A stretch of DNA of 64,000 bases from a virus (taxonomy: Duplodnaviria > Caudoviricetes): positions 1 through 64,000 of the IMG/VR virus record IMGVR_UViG_3300043748_000050. One strand, given 5' to 3'. The notes beneath the pieces were generated by a model. The model ran no database searches. It saw nothing but the letters and a program-made list of their open reading frames with translations, and was not told where the DNA came from. The first letter of the stretch is position 1. Each line of letters begins with the position of its first letter. The translations under genes and the position numbers were made by a program. Shown here piece after piece: positions 36,994-45,817 of the stretch.

Positions 36994-37412
36994 AGCCCCG
37001 GGCCGTTGCGGCGCCGGGGCTTTGGGTGTTGGTCAGCCCATCGGCTCCCGTTGACCGGTGAACCGGTTGAGCCGGACCCAAGAGCCGTCCGCGCGGCGGT
37101 CGGCCACGGAGTCGCGGTTGCCGTTCCGGCTCCTCTCGTTCCAGACGGCCACGTGACCGGGGACGTCCAGGCGGTCCAGGAAGTCCTTCGCCTCTCGGAA
37201 CGTGGTGGACTCCTGCTCCCGGCCAGCGAAGCGGCGTCCGTCGCGGACCACGGTCTCGGTCGCCATGTAGGTCCGCTTGGCGTTGCGGGGAATTCGTGTG
37301 GTCATGGTCCGTGCTCCTTGGTCGGCGTCCTGGTGAATTAATTAAACCATCGACGTGGACGGAACGCAATCCAGGGCACGACAAAGCCCCGGCGCCGCAA
37401 CGGCCCGGGGCT
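36994..37412. repeat. 31-bp exact inverted repeats (terminator hairpins) flanking a one-gene cassette
   Basis: 36994-37024 is the reverse complement of 37382-37412. Confidence 0.85.
37033..37305 (-). CDS. Hypothetical protein
   Basis: Promoter TTGCGT-17bp-TTTAAT (37341-37369). Confidence 0.7.
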   Translation of the reverse strand: MTTRIPRNAKRTYMATETVVRDGRRFAGREQESTTFREAKDFLDRLDVPGHVAVWNERSRNGNRDSVADRRADGSWVRLNRFTGQREPMG

Positions 37413-37424
37413 CGACGGTCGAGG

Positions 37425-37604
37425 TCAGTCCTCCAATTCGGCGTAGTGGTAGTCGTGAAGCTCTGCGGCCTCGGCCATGTCCTCGTGGTCGCGTGCGGCG
37501 GCCCGGCACTGGCTGGCGCCCGAGGTGTCGGGGTCCTCGGCGGCGGTCCGGCGGAGGGCGGCGGCCTCTCCCCGGTGGTACCTGATGGCGTCGCTGCGCT
37601 TCAT
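37425..37604 (-). CDS. Small hypothetical protein
   Basis: GAGGAAGG RBS. Confidence 0.55.
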   Translation of the reverse strand: MKRSDAIRYHRGEAAALRRTAAEDPDTSGASQCRAAARDHEDMAEAAELHDYHYAELED

Positions 37605-37657
37605 CGCGCGGTCCTTCCTCGGTGGGGTCGGATAAGAAGGCTCGTGTGTCGGACGGG

Positions 37658-37957
37658 TCAGCAGGTCTCCAGTTCGCCGACGACCTCCCACAGCGTGCTG
37701 TCGACGGTCCGGAGAACGTTCGTCACGCGGGGGCTGTCGTCGAGCAGGGCGACGGCGTCCAGGTAGCTCGCGGCCTCGTCCAGCGCGTTCAGGTTCGGGT
37801 CGAGCGGGCTGAGCCGCGTAGTCGCGTCCCGCAGGAGTCCGGCGAGGCCTTCGACGGTGGGTGCGTACTTGGTGACGGTGAGCCCGACGGCGTCGGCGAT
37901 CCGTGCGGCGTAGTCGGCGTGCAGAGTTGCGACGGTGCGGGCGTTCTTGACCTTCAT
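37658..37957 (-). CDS. Hypothetical protein
   Basis: Leader motif at 37968, just downstream of a hammerhead. Confidence 0.7.
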   Translation of the reverse strand: MKVKNARTVATLHADYAARIADAVGLTVTKYAPTVEGLAGLLRDATTRLSPLDPNLNALDEAASYLDAVALLDDSPRVTNVLRTVDSTLWEVVGELETC

Positions 37958-37978
37958 GATTCCTCGATTCCTTGGTCT

Positions 37979-38033
37979 GCCTCGTCAGTACCGGGGGACC
38001 GTTCCCGGCAGACGCCCCGCAGGGCGTTTCGGC
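37979..38033 (-). ncRNA. Type II hammerhead ribozyme, copy 1
   Basis: GCC-GAAA-CGCCC(UGCG)GGGCG-UC^-UGCCGGG(AACGGUCC)CCCGGUA-CUGACGA-GGC; cleavage predicted between 38011 and 38010. Confidence 0.85.
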
Positions 38034-38049
38034 TATCCATGGTGGCGGA

Positions 38050-38253
38050 CTACCAGTCGCCGAAGGTGCAGACGATGGAGCAGCCGGACGCCCGACAGTC
38101 GTGGGCGCGGATCTCGGCGGCGCGCTCTTCGTCCTGCTGCGCGCGGGACTTCGCCCACCTCACCGGCTCGGCGCCGGCCTTCAGTTCCTCGCAGCGCGGG
38201 CAGCCGTCGAACTTCTGGCCGAAGCGCGGGGCGTGGTTGTGCTTCGTCGTCAT
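38050..38253 (-). CDS. Small Cys/His-rich protein
   Basis: Leader motif at 38265; CPRC...H.C...C...CTFGDW. Confidence 0.7.
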   Translation of the reverse strand: MTTKHNHAPRFGQKFDGCPRCEELKAGAEPVRWAKSRAQQDEERAAEIRAHDCRASGCSIVCTFGDW

Positions 38254-38296
38254 GGCTTCCTCGGTTCCTTGGTCAGGTGGTGCGTGGACAGGCGGG

Positions 38297-38392
38297 TCAG
38301 TTGTCGGTGCCGCGCTTCAACGGGACGAACACGACCCACAGGGTGATGACGATCAGCGGGGCAAAGGCGGCGACGGTGATCAGGGCGTACAT
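38297..38392 (-). CDS. 31-aa single-TM peptide
   Basis: Leader motif at 38403 plus GAGGGAG. Confidence 0.5.
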   Translation of the reverse strand: MYALITVAAFAPLIVITLWVVFVPLKRGTDN

Positions 38393-38429
38393 GGCTCCCT
38401 CATTCCTTGGTCGGTCGTGCGTGAACAGG

Positions 38430-39113
38430 TCAGATGAAGGTGCAGGTAGCCGAGTGCGTGCCGTTCGGCAGTCCGGTCAGGTCGGCGATCTCGTCACCGG
38501 TCAGGCGCAGCCGTTGGGCGAGCACCGCTCCCACGGCGGTGATTCGGTCCCAGTGCTCGTTCACGAGTTCGTCGGCGAGCTGGTGCACGATCAGGAAGTC
38601 GTTGTAGCCGCCCTCGAAGCCGAGGCCGGGGTTCCAGCCGAGAATCGCGCGGCGATCGCTATACGCTCCGAACTCGACTCCGACGGCGAGTTCGGGGGTC
38701 CACAGCCCGGCTTCGTGCAGCCAGCGGTCCTCGGCCCGTTCGCCGGCGCCCAGGAGGACGACGAAGTCCCGTCCGTCCGAGACGCTGCACGCCGCGACGT
38801 TGCCGCCGACCCGGTGACCTTCGATGACCATCCCGGCCGTGGCCCGCAGGTCTGCGGTGCGCCGGATCCACGCGTGGTGGACGAACCCGCCGGCCGCGAG
38901 TGCGGCAACGGCGTGGGCGGCTTCGTGCACTGCGCGCATGCTGTCCCGCTGGTCGTCGGTCAAGTCGGCCAAGAGGACGTCACTGTCCACCACCCCGTCG
39001 GGAACCCGGTGCCGTGTCGGATACGGAGCACCGTTGATCACCGCGTCGTCACGCCAGACGGGGACGGCCGGAGGGGTCCATGTCACGGGCGTGCTCTGCG
39101 CGGTGCCGGTCAT
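38430..39113 (-). CDS. HEXXH zinc-metalloprotease-like protein, paralog B
   Basis: HEAAHAV...AGERAE.RWL.E..LWTPE...SD...HWDRI.AV..VL. Confidence 0.65.
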   Translation of the reverse strand: MTGTAQSTPVTWTPPAVPVWRDDAVINGAPYPTRHRVPDGVVDSDVLLADLTDDQRDSMRAVHEAAHAVAALAAGGFVHHAWIRRTADLRATAGMVIEGHRVGGNVAACSVSDGRDFVVLLGAGERAEDRWLHEAGLWTPELAVGVEFGAYSDRRAILGWNPGLGFEGGYNDFLIVHQLADELVNEHWDRITAVGAVLAQRLRLTGDEIADLTGLPNGTHSATCTFI

Positions 39114-39138
39114 GGTCGGTTCCTCGTTTCCTTGGTCT

Positions 39139-39193
39139 GCCTCGTCAGTACCGGGAGACCGTCCCCGGCAGACGCCCCTCGGGGCGTTTCGGC
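39139..39193 (-). ncRNA. Type II hammerhead ribozyme, copy 2
   Basis: GCC-GAAA-CGCCC(CGAG)GGGCG-UC^-UGCCGGG(GACGGUCU)CCCGGUA-CUGACGA-GGC; differs from copy 1 only in loops; cleavage between 39171 and 39170. Confidence 0.85.
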
Positions 39194-39195
39194 TG

Positions 39196-39675
39196 TCAGG
39201 CGGAGAGTGCCTTCATGTACGAGTACAGGGCGTACACGACGTCGTCGGTGCGGCCGGCGTCCAGCGAGGCGTAGAGCTTCGTCAGGCGGGACGGCTGGCG
39301 GCTGGCGAGCTTGACGAAGCCGATGGCGACCAGGTCTGAGAACATCCTGGGCGCCACGCCCTGCGGCGGGGTGATCTCCAGCGCGCGGGCCTGGACGGTC
39401 TCGCGGGCTGCTTCGAACCTCTCGTCGGTCGTGTCGTCCTTGTCGTCCGCCGTGGTGTCGCTCACGAGCGTCCAGCCCCACTTGACCATGTCCCGGACGG
39501 CCGTGCGGAAGGTGTGGAGGTCACCGCGCACGGTGTTGCGGGCGGTGACTCGGCCGTCCACCTTGACGATCTTCTGGCAGCGGTCGCGCCGGGCGGAGTG
39601 CAGGACGGTCAGGGTCTCGTTGCCCTTGGTGAGAACGGCCTTGTCCAGCTTCTCCGAGGTGGCGTTGGCGGTCAT
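39196..39675 (-). CDS. Hypothetical protein
   Basis: Promoter TTGTGG-18bp-TTTAAT (39723-39752). Confidence 0.7.
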   Translation of the reverse strand: MTANATSEKLDKAVLTKGNETLTVLHSARRDRCQKIVKVDGRVTARNTVRGDLHTFRTAVRDMVKWGWTLVSDTTADDKDDTTDERFEAARETVQARALEITPPQGVAPRMFSDLVAIGFVKLASRQPSRLTKLYASLDAGRTDDVVYALYSYMKALSA

Positions 39676-39816
39676 GGTCCGCTCCCGTCTGGTCGTGGGT
39701 CGGGCTCTTCCCGACTGATTTAATTAAACCATCCGGGTGCGGGTCTCCACAAGACCCCGATTCCAAGAAGTTTCGGCCGACTCGCCGATCCGCTCACCTG
39801 CGGATACGGTGCCGAC

Positions 39817-40056
39817 ATGCCCGTACCCGACGCACCTCACCCCCGACTCGCACCGTCGCCACAACCCTGGTGCATCGCCGTTCCGGACGGCGCCTGCTTC
39901 GACGGCGGAGTGGACTTCGTCCTCGGCCCGTACGACAGCGAGGCCGAGGCATGGGACGTCCACGGTCGGCTCGGCCACGACACGTGCGACTGCATGGCCG
40001 TCCCCGCGTTCACGGAGACGCCGAGAGGGGCCCCGGTCGCCCCGGAGCCCCTCTGA
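39817..40056 (+). CDS. Hypothetical protein
   Basis: Only sizeable plausible ORF in the gap; no clear RBS. Confidence 0.35.
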   Translation: MPVPDAPHPRLAPSPQPWCIAVPDGACFDGGVDFVLGPYDSEAEAWDVHGRLGHDTCDCMAVPAFTETPRGAPVAPEPL

Positions 40057-40073
40057 TCGGCCGTGCCATGACG

Positions 40074-40481
40074 TCACCGCCTCTTGTGCGCGCCCTTGTC
40101 CAGCATCGCCGTGGCCTTGGCCCGCGCCTCGGCCGCGCCGGCCTGCGAGTTGATGATGTACGCGATCACCAGCCCGAGCAGGGCCAGAGCCGCGAGGACC
40201 GCCACGACCACGACCAGTACGGCGGCCAGCACGGTGGCGCACAGCGTGAGGACGACGCACGCGAACAGCGCGACCCACAGCCACGGCAGGATCTTCTCCG
40301 CCACCGACTTCTCGGGGCCCTGACGGACGATGTGTCCGGCCGGGATCGGTTCTGATGCCGCGTAGTGGTGGTGCACGTGGAACTCCACCTTGCCCTCGGC
40401 ACCCGGCGGCGGCGTCGGGTTGGCGCGCAGGTAGTGCTCAAGCTCCGCCGGGACGGTGGCGTACCTCCGCTCAATCTCCAT
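40074..40481 (-). CDS. Membrane protein, Spd (plasmid spread)-like
   Basis: HVHHHY followed by a long hydrophobic segment; near traB. Confidence 0.55.
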   Translation of the reverse strand: MEIERRYATVPAELEHYLRANPTPPPGAEGKVEFHVHHHYAASEPIPAGHIVRQGPEKSVAEKILPWLWVALFACVVLTLCATVLAAVLVVVVAVLAALALLGLVIAYIINSQAGAAEARAKATAMLDKGAHKRR

Positions 40482-40569
40482 GGTCGGATTCCTTCGGTTC
40501 CTTGGTCAAAGGGCCGCTGATCAGCGGCCCTGAATTAGTTGTACCACGTCGGCGGCCGGGTCAATCGGC

Positions 40570-40959
40570 TCAGTACGCGAGGGTGTAGCTCGTCCCGTCC
40601 GCCGTCTTCTCCTTCACCAGGTCGCCGTCGCCCACTCGCTCGTCCAGCCACTTGTACACCCACTGCCGCGAGCGTTCCGTGACTCCCATCAGGTCCCGGA
40701 AGTCCTGGAACGTGACCCGCTTGGCCCCCTTCCGCCGCAGCGAGACCAGCCGTTGGTACATCACGTCGTTCGCGTCCTTCGGGCTCATCACGGACTTCGG
40801 GGCGGGAAGTTCGATCACTGTGGCGCCGTCGCGCAGCCCGCCGAAGACGAAGCCCAGCGCCTCCTCGGCGACCGCCAGGCCGCACCGCGCGCACAGCGAC
40901 ACGACCTTCGTCAGCGTTGCCGGGGCGCCGCAGGAGGAGCAGTTCATTTCCTTGGTCAT
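40570..40959 (-). CDS. Zn-finger plus winged-helix protein
   Basis: CSSC..CARC; TFQDF......RSRQWV...L......G.L. Confidence 0.6.
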   Translation of the reverse strand: MTKEMNCSSCGAPATLTKVVSLCARCGLAVAEEALGFVFGGLRDGATVIELPAPKSVMSPKDANDVMYQRLVSLRRKGAKRVTFQDFRDLMGVTERSRQWVYKWLDERVGDGDLVKEKTADGTSYTLAY

Positions 40960-40960
40960 C

Positions 40961-41195
40961 TGTCAGCCTTCCTTGTGTCACGAATCGTTGTCCGCACCGG
41001 CCGGGCCGAGCGGGAGAGAACCTGAGGCCGAAAGTTCCCGACTTTGTCAGAGCCTCTGTCAGGCCCTGGTCACCGCCCGCGCCACCAGACAGCCAAGCCG
41101 TGTCTGCGGACGCGTCAGAGGTGCCACCAGGCCTTGTCACAAACGTGTCAGGGCGGCCACCCCTGACAAGGGATGCCCGCCCTGAGGTCGCGTCA
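40961..41195. repeat. TGTCA short-repeat cluster downstream of traB (candidate clt)
   Basis: TGTCA at about 40961, 40976, 41045, 41057, 41135, 41146 plus variants; probably non-coding. Confidence 0.5.
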
Positions 41196-41206
41196 ACCTC
41201 CTGGAC

Positions 41207-43210
41207 TCACCCGGCGGCTGCCTCCGCGTACAGACTGCCGGCGATCGCGTAGACCGCCCGCTCCGTAGGCGGGGTGAGCCTCTTCAGCACACCGTCCTCG
41301 GCCAGTTGCTCCAGCTCGCCGTACACCCAGCCGCGAGGCTTGCCGGTCAGCTCCGGGATGTCCTCCAGCGCCTCGAACGTCACCTCGGTCTGGTTGCTGC
41401 CGGACAGGATGTTGATCCGGTTGAGCAGCTCCGCACGGGCGTCGTCGTCGGTCATTTGGTCCCGCACCGGAGCTGCGAAGGTGACGCCCCGGCCGCGCGG
41501 CGCGGCCAGCGGTTCGCTTACGTCGATTCCGTCCTCACCTGCCGTGCCCAGGTCGCTGACCTCGGCAAAGTCGTCGTCCACCGTTCCCTCCACGTCTTGC
41601 TCCACGGCCGCCGGAGCGGTCTCGTCCACGACCCCGGCCGCCAGGATGCGGTAGGACCCGGCGTCCATGTCGGCCCAGAACTCCCGGGTGACCTGCTTCA
41701 TCTGCTCGCGGTCGGCCGCCTTCACGCGCGGCGCCCGTCCGTCGATCGCCCAGTGGACCTTGTCCGTGCCCGTGACCTCGGCATACAGCGAACCGGGCGC
41801 GTTGTTGGCCCACTTGGTCGGGTCGGCACCCGCTTCGAGCGTCTCCGCCTCCAGCGAGTACCGCGCGTCCTGCATCTCCTTCTGCCCGTGGGCCAGGCTC
41901 TGAGCGAACTGACCTCGGGTTTTCCGGTCGATGTTGTTGTGCGGCATGGTCTGCATCGACGCGCAGAAGTGCACGCCGACCGACCTGAGTTTGCGCAGGG
42001 CCTCGTCGGCTTCCTCGTCCACCACCATCATCACGTCGGCGGCCTCTTCGATGTCCAGGAAGATGGCCGGGATGCCGTGCAGCGTGTACAGCTCAGGCAC
42101 CCACTGCTTGTACCCGACTTTGCCGTCCGACCTGGTCAGTTCACCGAACAGACCTGCCCGGTACTCGATGAGCGGGATGAGGTTGCGCACCAGTTGCTCG
42201 GTGGCCTCCCTGGTCTTCGCGGCCAGGCCCAGCACTTCCTCGATGTCACCGAACGACTGCCGGAACTTGGCCGGGTCGCCGACCACGGGCACCACGTCGA
42301 TGCGCTCGCGCATCTCGAGAATCGCCGTGCAGATGGTCTCCGTCTTGCCCGAGCCGGTCATGCCGGTGCACTTCGTGTGGGCCAGTGGCCTGGGGTTTTC
42401 GTCGTCCTCGGACCCGACGATCCACCAGTTGATGGACGATCCGTCGGTGCGGTCCCCGAGCCAGATCGGGAAGTCCGCGATGGACGCCCCGAGGTGACGC
42501 GGGCCGGTCCAGCCAACAGGCTTCGCCTTGCCCGCAGCGCGGGTGAACGCGATGTCCACCTGACCCTCGTGACCTGCGACTTTGAGCACCTTGACCTGGT
42601 CGGCGCCGACGCCAGCGACGGCCGCGATCTGCTCCCGGGCGTGCTGGGCGTCCGCCGCCGTGGTCGGGGCATCCAGGTGGACCCGGGCGCGCAGCTCGTC
42701 CGGCTTCTCCGTGACCGTGCCGACCCGGGCGTCCTTGAACGCCCGGACCTTGGCCAGCAGACCACCGTCTTTACCCTCGCTGACCTGAGACTTGTCGACG
42801 TCACGGACGCCGGACAGGGCCGCGTGACGCACGCACCAGGAGACGCAGAGGACTAGGCTGCCGATCGCCCAGGCCTCGAACACGTCCGCCTGCCACGGCC
42901 GGATGGCGATGGCGAAGATGGACCAGGTCAGCACGGCAACGGTGAACACCGTGACCATGGCCCGGGTCTCCTGTCGGCGTACCGCCCAGGACTTCCAGGT
43001 GACGTACCCCAGGTACATGAAGCCGGCGGTGAGGAACGCCATCCACAGGTTGCCGTGCGCGTTGCGGGCGACGACGACGTGGAGTATGGCGGACAGCAGC
43101 CAGACGGCCACGACGACGACCCACGGCAGCACGTACGAGGTGAGGCGTTCAGGCACCCTGAGCAGGGCTGTTGCCCGCAGGCGGGGCGCGTTGTTCGACA
43201 CTTCCTCCAC
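41207..43210 (-). CDS. traB: TraB-like FtsK/SpoIIIE-family conjugative DNA translocase
   Basis: N-terminal TMs; GMTGSGKT Walker A; IFLDIEEA Walker B; RSVG....S.Q; C-terminal wHTH. Confidence 0.8.
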   Translation of the reverse strand: MEEVSNNAPRLRATALLRVPERLTSYVLPWVVVVAVWLLSAILHVVVARNAHGNLWMAFLTAGFMYLGYVTWKSWAVRRQETRAMVTVFTVAVLTWSIFAIAIRPWQADVFEAWAIGSLVLCVSWCVRHAALSGVRDVDKSQVSEGKDGGLLAKVRAFKDARVGTVTEKPDELRARVHLDAPTTAADAQHAREQIAAVAGVGADQVKVLKVAGHEGQVDIAFTRAAGKAKPVGWTGPRHLGASIADFPIWLGDRTDGSSINWWIVGSEDDENPRPLAHTKCTGMTGSGKTETICTAILEMRERIDVVPVVGDPAKFRQSFGDIEEVLGLAAKTREATEQLVRNLIPLIEYRAGLFGELTRSDGKVGYKQWVPELYTLHGIPAIFLDIEEAADVMMVVDEEADEALRKLRSVGVHFCASMQTMPHNNIDRKTRGQFAQSLAHGQKEMQDARYSLEAETLEAGADPTKWANNAPGSLYAEVTGTDKVHWAIDGRAPRVKAADREQMKQVTREFWADMDAGSYRILAAGVVDETAPAAVEQDVEGTVDDDFAEVSDLGTAGEDGIDVSEPLAAPRGRGVTFAAPVRDQMTDDDARAELLNRINILSGSNQTEVTFEALEDIPELTGKPRGWVYGELEQLAEDGVLKRLTPPTERAVYAIAGSLYAEAAAG

Positions 43211-43215
43211 CCCTC

Positions 43216-43833
43216 TCAGACCGACTCAAGGCGGAATCCGCCACGACGCCCGGGACGGTTGACCTTGCTGCCCTTCTCGCTGTCCAGATTGGACAGGAAT
43301 GTGTCGAATCGGCGCCAGGCCTTGGTCGCGCTGACCGCACCGGCCACGCACGCCTTGGTCACCCCGTCCAGGTCACGGCTGAGGTCGTGCAGTGCCTTGA
43401 CCAGCGCGGCCTGCTGAGTCAGCGTCAGCCGCTCGTCGCTCGCCTGCCTTGCCTGCTGCCTCGCAGCCGCCTTGAGCTGGCCCTTTGCCAGCTCGGTGGA
43501 GACAGCGAAGTAGTGCAGCACCTTGCGGATGGCCTCGCAGTACGCGTGGATGTCGGTCTCGTTGCTCAGCTCCATGTCGCCGATGGACTGCGCGAGTTGA
43601 GAGATGCTCTGTCCTCGGGAGCCGCCGAGCCCGGACGACGCCCGACGCGGCCCGGCACCCTGGCTGACCTGCCCGTTTCCGTACTGCGCATTGCCTACGC
43701 TGGAGTTTTGGGACGGCATCGGGTGGCCGTTGCCCTGGAGCCCGAGGTTGCGCAGCTCCTCGGCGGACTTGCCGTGCGCCCGGCCTGCCGCCGTGAACGG
43801 GGACGGGGGCGCACCTGTGTTGTTACCGCTCAT
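43216..43833 (-). CDS. TraA-like plasmid transfer protein
   Basis: Directly upstream of traB; Gly/Ser-rich N-terminus; SNETDI..YCE..R. Confidence 0.55.
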   Translation of the reverse strand: MSGNNTGAPPSPFTAAGRAHGKSAEELRNLGLQGNGHPMPSQNSSVGNAQYGNGQVSQGAGPRRASSGLGGSRGQSISQLAQSIGDMELSNETDIHAYCEAIRKVLHYFAVSTELAKGQLKAAARQQARQASDERLTLTQQAALVKALHDLSRDLDGVTKACVAGAVSATKAWRRFDTFLSNLDSEKGSKVNRPGRRGGFRLESV

Positions 43834-43964
43834 TCCTGGTTCCTCTTCCTTGGTCGAAGGCGAAAGCCTCACCAGGGTCATCCCCAGTGAGGCTTTACCT
43901 AAATCAAGCGTCCCGCGATTGGCCGCGATGCGCAATCAGTTCTTCGGCCCGTCAGGACCGCACG

Positions 43965-44650
43965 CCGGACGAGAGTCATCCGCTTTCGCCCCGGACCGCC
44001 CGTAAGGCTTTCGCTGGCGACCCGCAAGCTCGGGCACCGAGAGCGCAAGGGCGAGAGCCTTGCGGCCGAGCCGAGCGAAAGCCCCGGGGGGCGCAAGACG
44101 CAAGCTCTCGGCCCGGGGCGAGAGCGAAAGCCGGCGAGCCGGGACGCAAGGCGCAAGCGAGAGCGGGACCGAGAGCTTTCGGCGCACGCGGTCCGCACGG
44201 CCTGGGCCGAGAGCATCCGTACCGCCGCAAGCCCCGTACAGCCGGGGTGAAAACGGCGAGAGCCGCAGCCGGCGCACGGTTGCTTGCGCCTGGTCTGCGG
44301 CTCCCTGAGAGCTGCGGTACGGCCCCGCTACGATCCGTTCGTCGCCAGCTTGCGCAGGGCGGCACGGTGCGCACGGATGCTGTCGCCGGTGACGCTCACA
44401 CCGACCAGGGACAGCACGTCCGAAAGCTCCCGTGCGGTCAGGCCCGGGTTCAGGCTGTCGGCTTTCGCCACGGCGTCTCGCTTCGAAAGCTCGGACCAGG
44501 CCGGGGGCTCGTGCGAAAGCAGCCCGGCCGCGTACGCCGTGACGTCGATTGCGGGCTTGCGGTCCAGGCTTTCGGTGCTCTCGCTCTCGGTCTTTCGGTC
44601 CTCTCGCGCGAGGCTTTCGGTCCTTGCGCTTTCGGCGAGAGCGAGAGACG
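43965..44650. repeat. Dense CG(A/C)(A/G)AG hexamer array in both orientations
   Basis: More than 25 CGAGAG/CGAAAG/CGCAAG copies in the intergenic gap and the 3' part of the adjacent gene. Confidence 0.6.
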
Positions 44651-45353
44651 AGGACCAGTCGTGGCGCACGTCGATGCCGGCGAGAGACACGACGGACTTC
44701 CTCCGGACGACGCGCGCGACGATGGCCGCCTCAGCCTGGTCCGCGTCGACGGGGGAGAGGCCATGACGCGCGGCGTCAATCTGTCCAGCGAGCCGCGCCC
44801 GCAGCCGGGCATGCCTGTTGCTGCCCGGCTTGGCGGAGGCGACCCGGTCGGCGAGAGCGACGGCCCGGTCGGCCGCACGGCTGCGTGCGATGGCGGCCGA
44901 GTCGATGCCGCGCCGGCCGATGCCGAGGTACGCGGTCAGCCGCTCACGCAGCTCCCGCAGGGCGGAGGCCACCAGGCCGTCCGACTTCCGGCCGGACATC
45001 TTCAGGTCGAGTCCGAGCAGCAAGTGGAGCATGACGGCCAGCAGAACCGGGCCGAAGATGACGCGGACCGGGCCGCCGACTCCGCCGGAGATCTTGAAGG
45101 CGGGGATGGCCTGGGCGAGGACGGCCACGTAGGCCAGGTACGCGGGCGCCTTGGTCTTGGTGGCCCACGAGTACACGGTGAGTGCGACGATGGCGGACTC
45201 GGCGGTGCCGCACAGCGCGAGACGTTCGCCGTGGCCCGTGATCTGGAGGGCCTTGCCGAGAAAGCGGTACGAAGTGTCGGCGCTCATGCCGATGCCGAGG
45301 GTGGTCGGGACGAGGAGTCCGAAGGCCGCAGCCTTCGTGCGGTTCAGTTCCAT
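44328..45353 (-). CDS. SpdB-like multi-TM plasmid spread protein
   Basis: SADTSYRF, about 4 TMs, GPVL..VMLHLLLGL, LRERL.A.LG; C-terminal HTH-like. Confidence 0.6.
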   Translation of the reverse strand: MELNRTKAAAFGLLVPTTLGIGMSADTSYRFLGKALQITGHGERLALCGTAESAIVALTVYSWATKTKAPAYLAYVAVLAQAIPAFKISGGVGGPVRVIFGPVLLAVMLHLLLGLDLKMSGRKSDGLVASALRELRERLTAYLGIGRRGIDSAAIARSRAADRAVALADRVASAKPGSNRHARLRARLAGQIDAARHGLSPVDADQAEAAIVARVVRRKSVVSLAGIDVRHDWSSSLALAESARTESLAREDRKTESESTESLDRKPAIDVTAYAAGLLSHEPPAWSELSKRDAVAKADSLNPGLTARELSDVLSLVGVSVTGDSIRAHRAALRKLATNGS

Positions 45354-45504
45354 GGTCGATTCCTAGATTCCGTGGTCGGGATGATTTCCTTAAATCATCC
45401 TACACGGACTCCCTGCCCCGGCAACAGTCAGATCATGCCGAGAAGCCCCTACGGGAATCCCGCAGGGGCTGACTGTGAGCTGTTTGTCCGGTTCTGTCGG
45501 TAGG

Positions 45505-45747
45505 TCAGATGCCGTCGCCGTTCAGGTCTCGCCACGCACGACGGTCACGCATCTCGTAGTCGGACTGCCCCTGCTCGCCGAGACGGTCCAGCTCCTTGGC
45601 CCACGCGATGAGCAACGCGCGGTCCCGGAAGGACATCGCGGCGATGACGCGCCGGGCGTCCTGCGGGCTGTCCGCGATGACAGCGGCGAACGCGTCCTTC
45701 GCGGCTGCCTCGGCGTTCGGAGCCTGTACTTCGGTCTGCTTCTCCAT
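45505..45747 (-). CDS. Hypothetical protein
   Basis: Leader motif at 45764; operator variant at 45774. Confidence 0.65.
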   Translation of the reverse strand: MEKQTEVQAPNAEAAAKDAFAAVIADSPQDARRVIAAMSFRDRALLIAWAKELDRLGEQGQSDYEMRDRRAWRDLNGDGI

Positions 45748-45817
45748 GGGTTTACCTTCCTCGTTCCTTGGTCTGATTTCCTTAAATCAGCGTACCCGGC
45801 GGTGAACCGACGCAACC

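Noticed and set aside
21723-39752. Recurring ATGAATTAATTAAACCAT as a CRISPR array
   Set aside because: Spacing is 0.6-4 kb with genes in between, the copies have -35/-10 geometry, and there is no cas operon.
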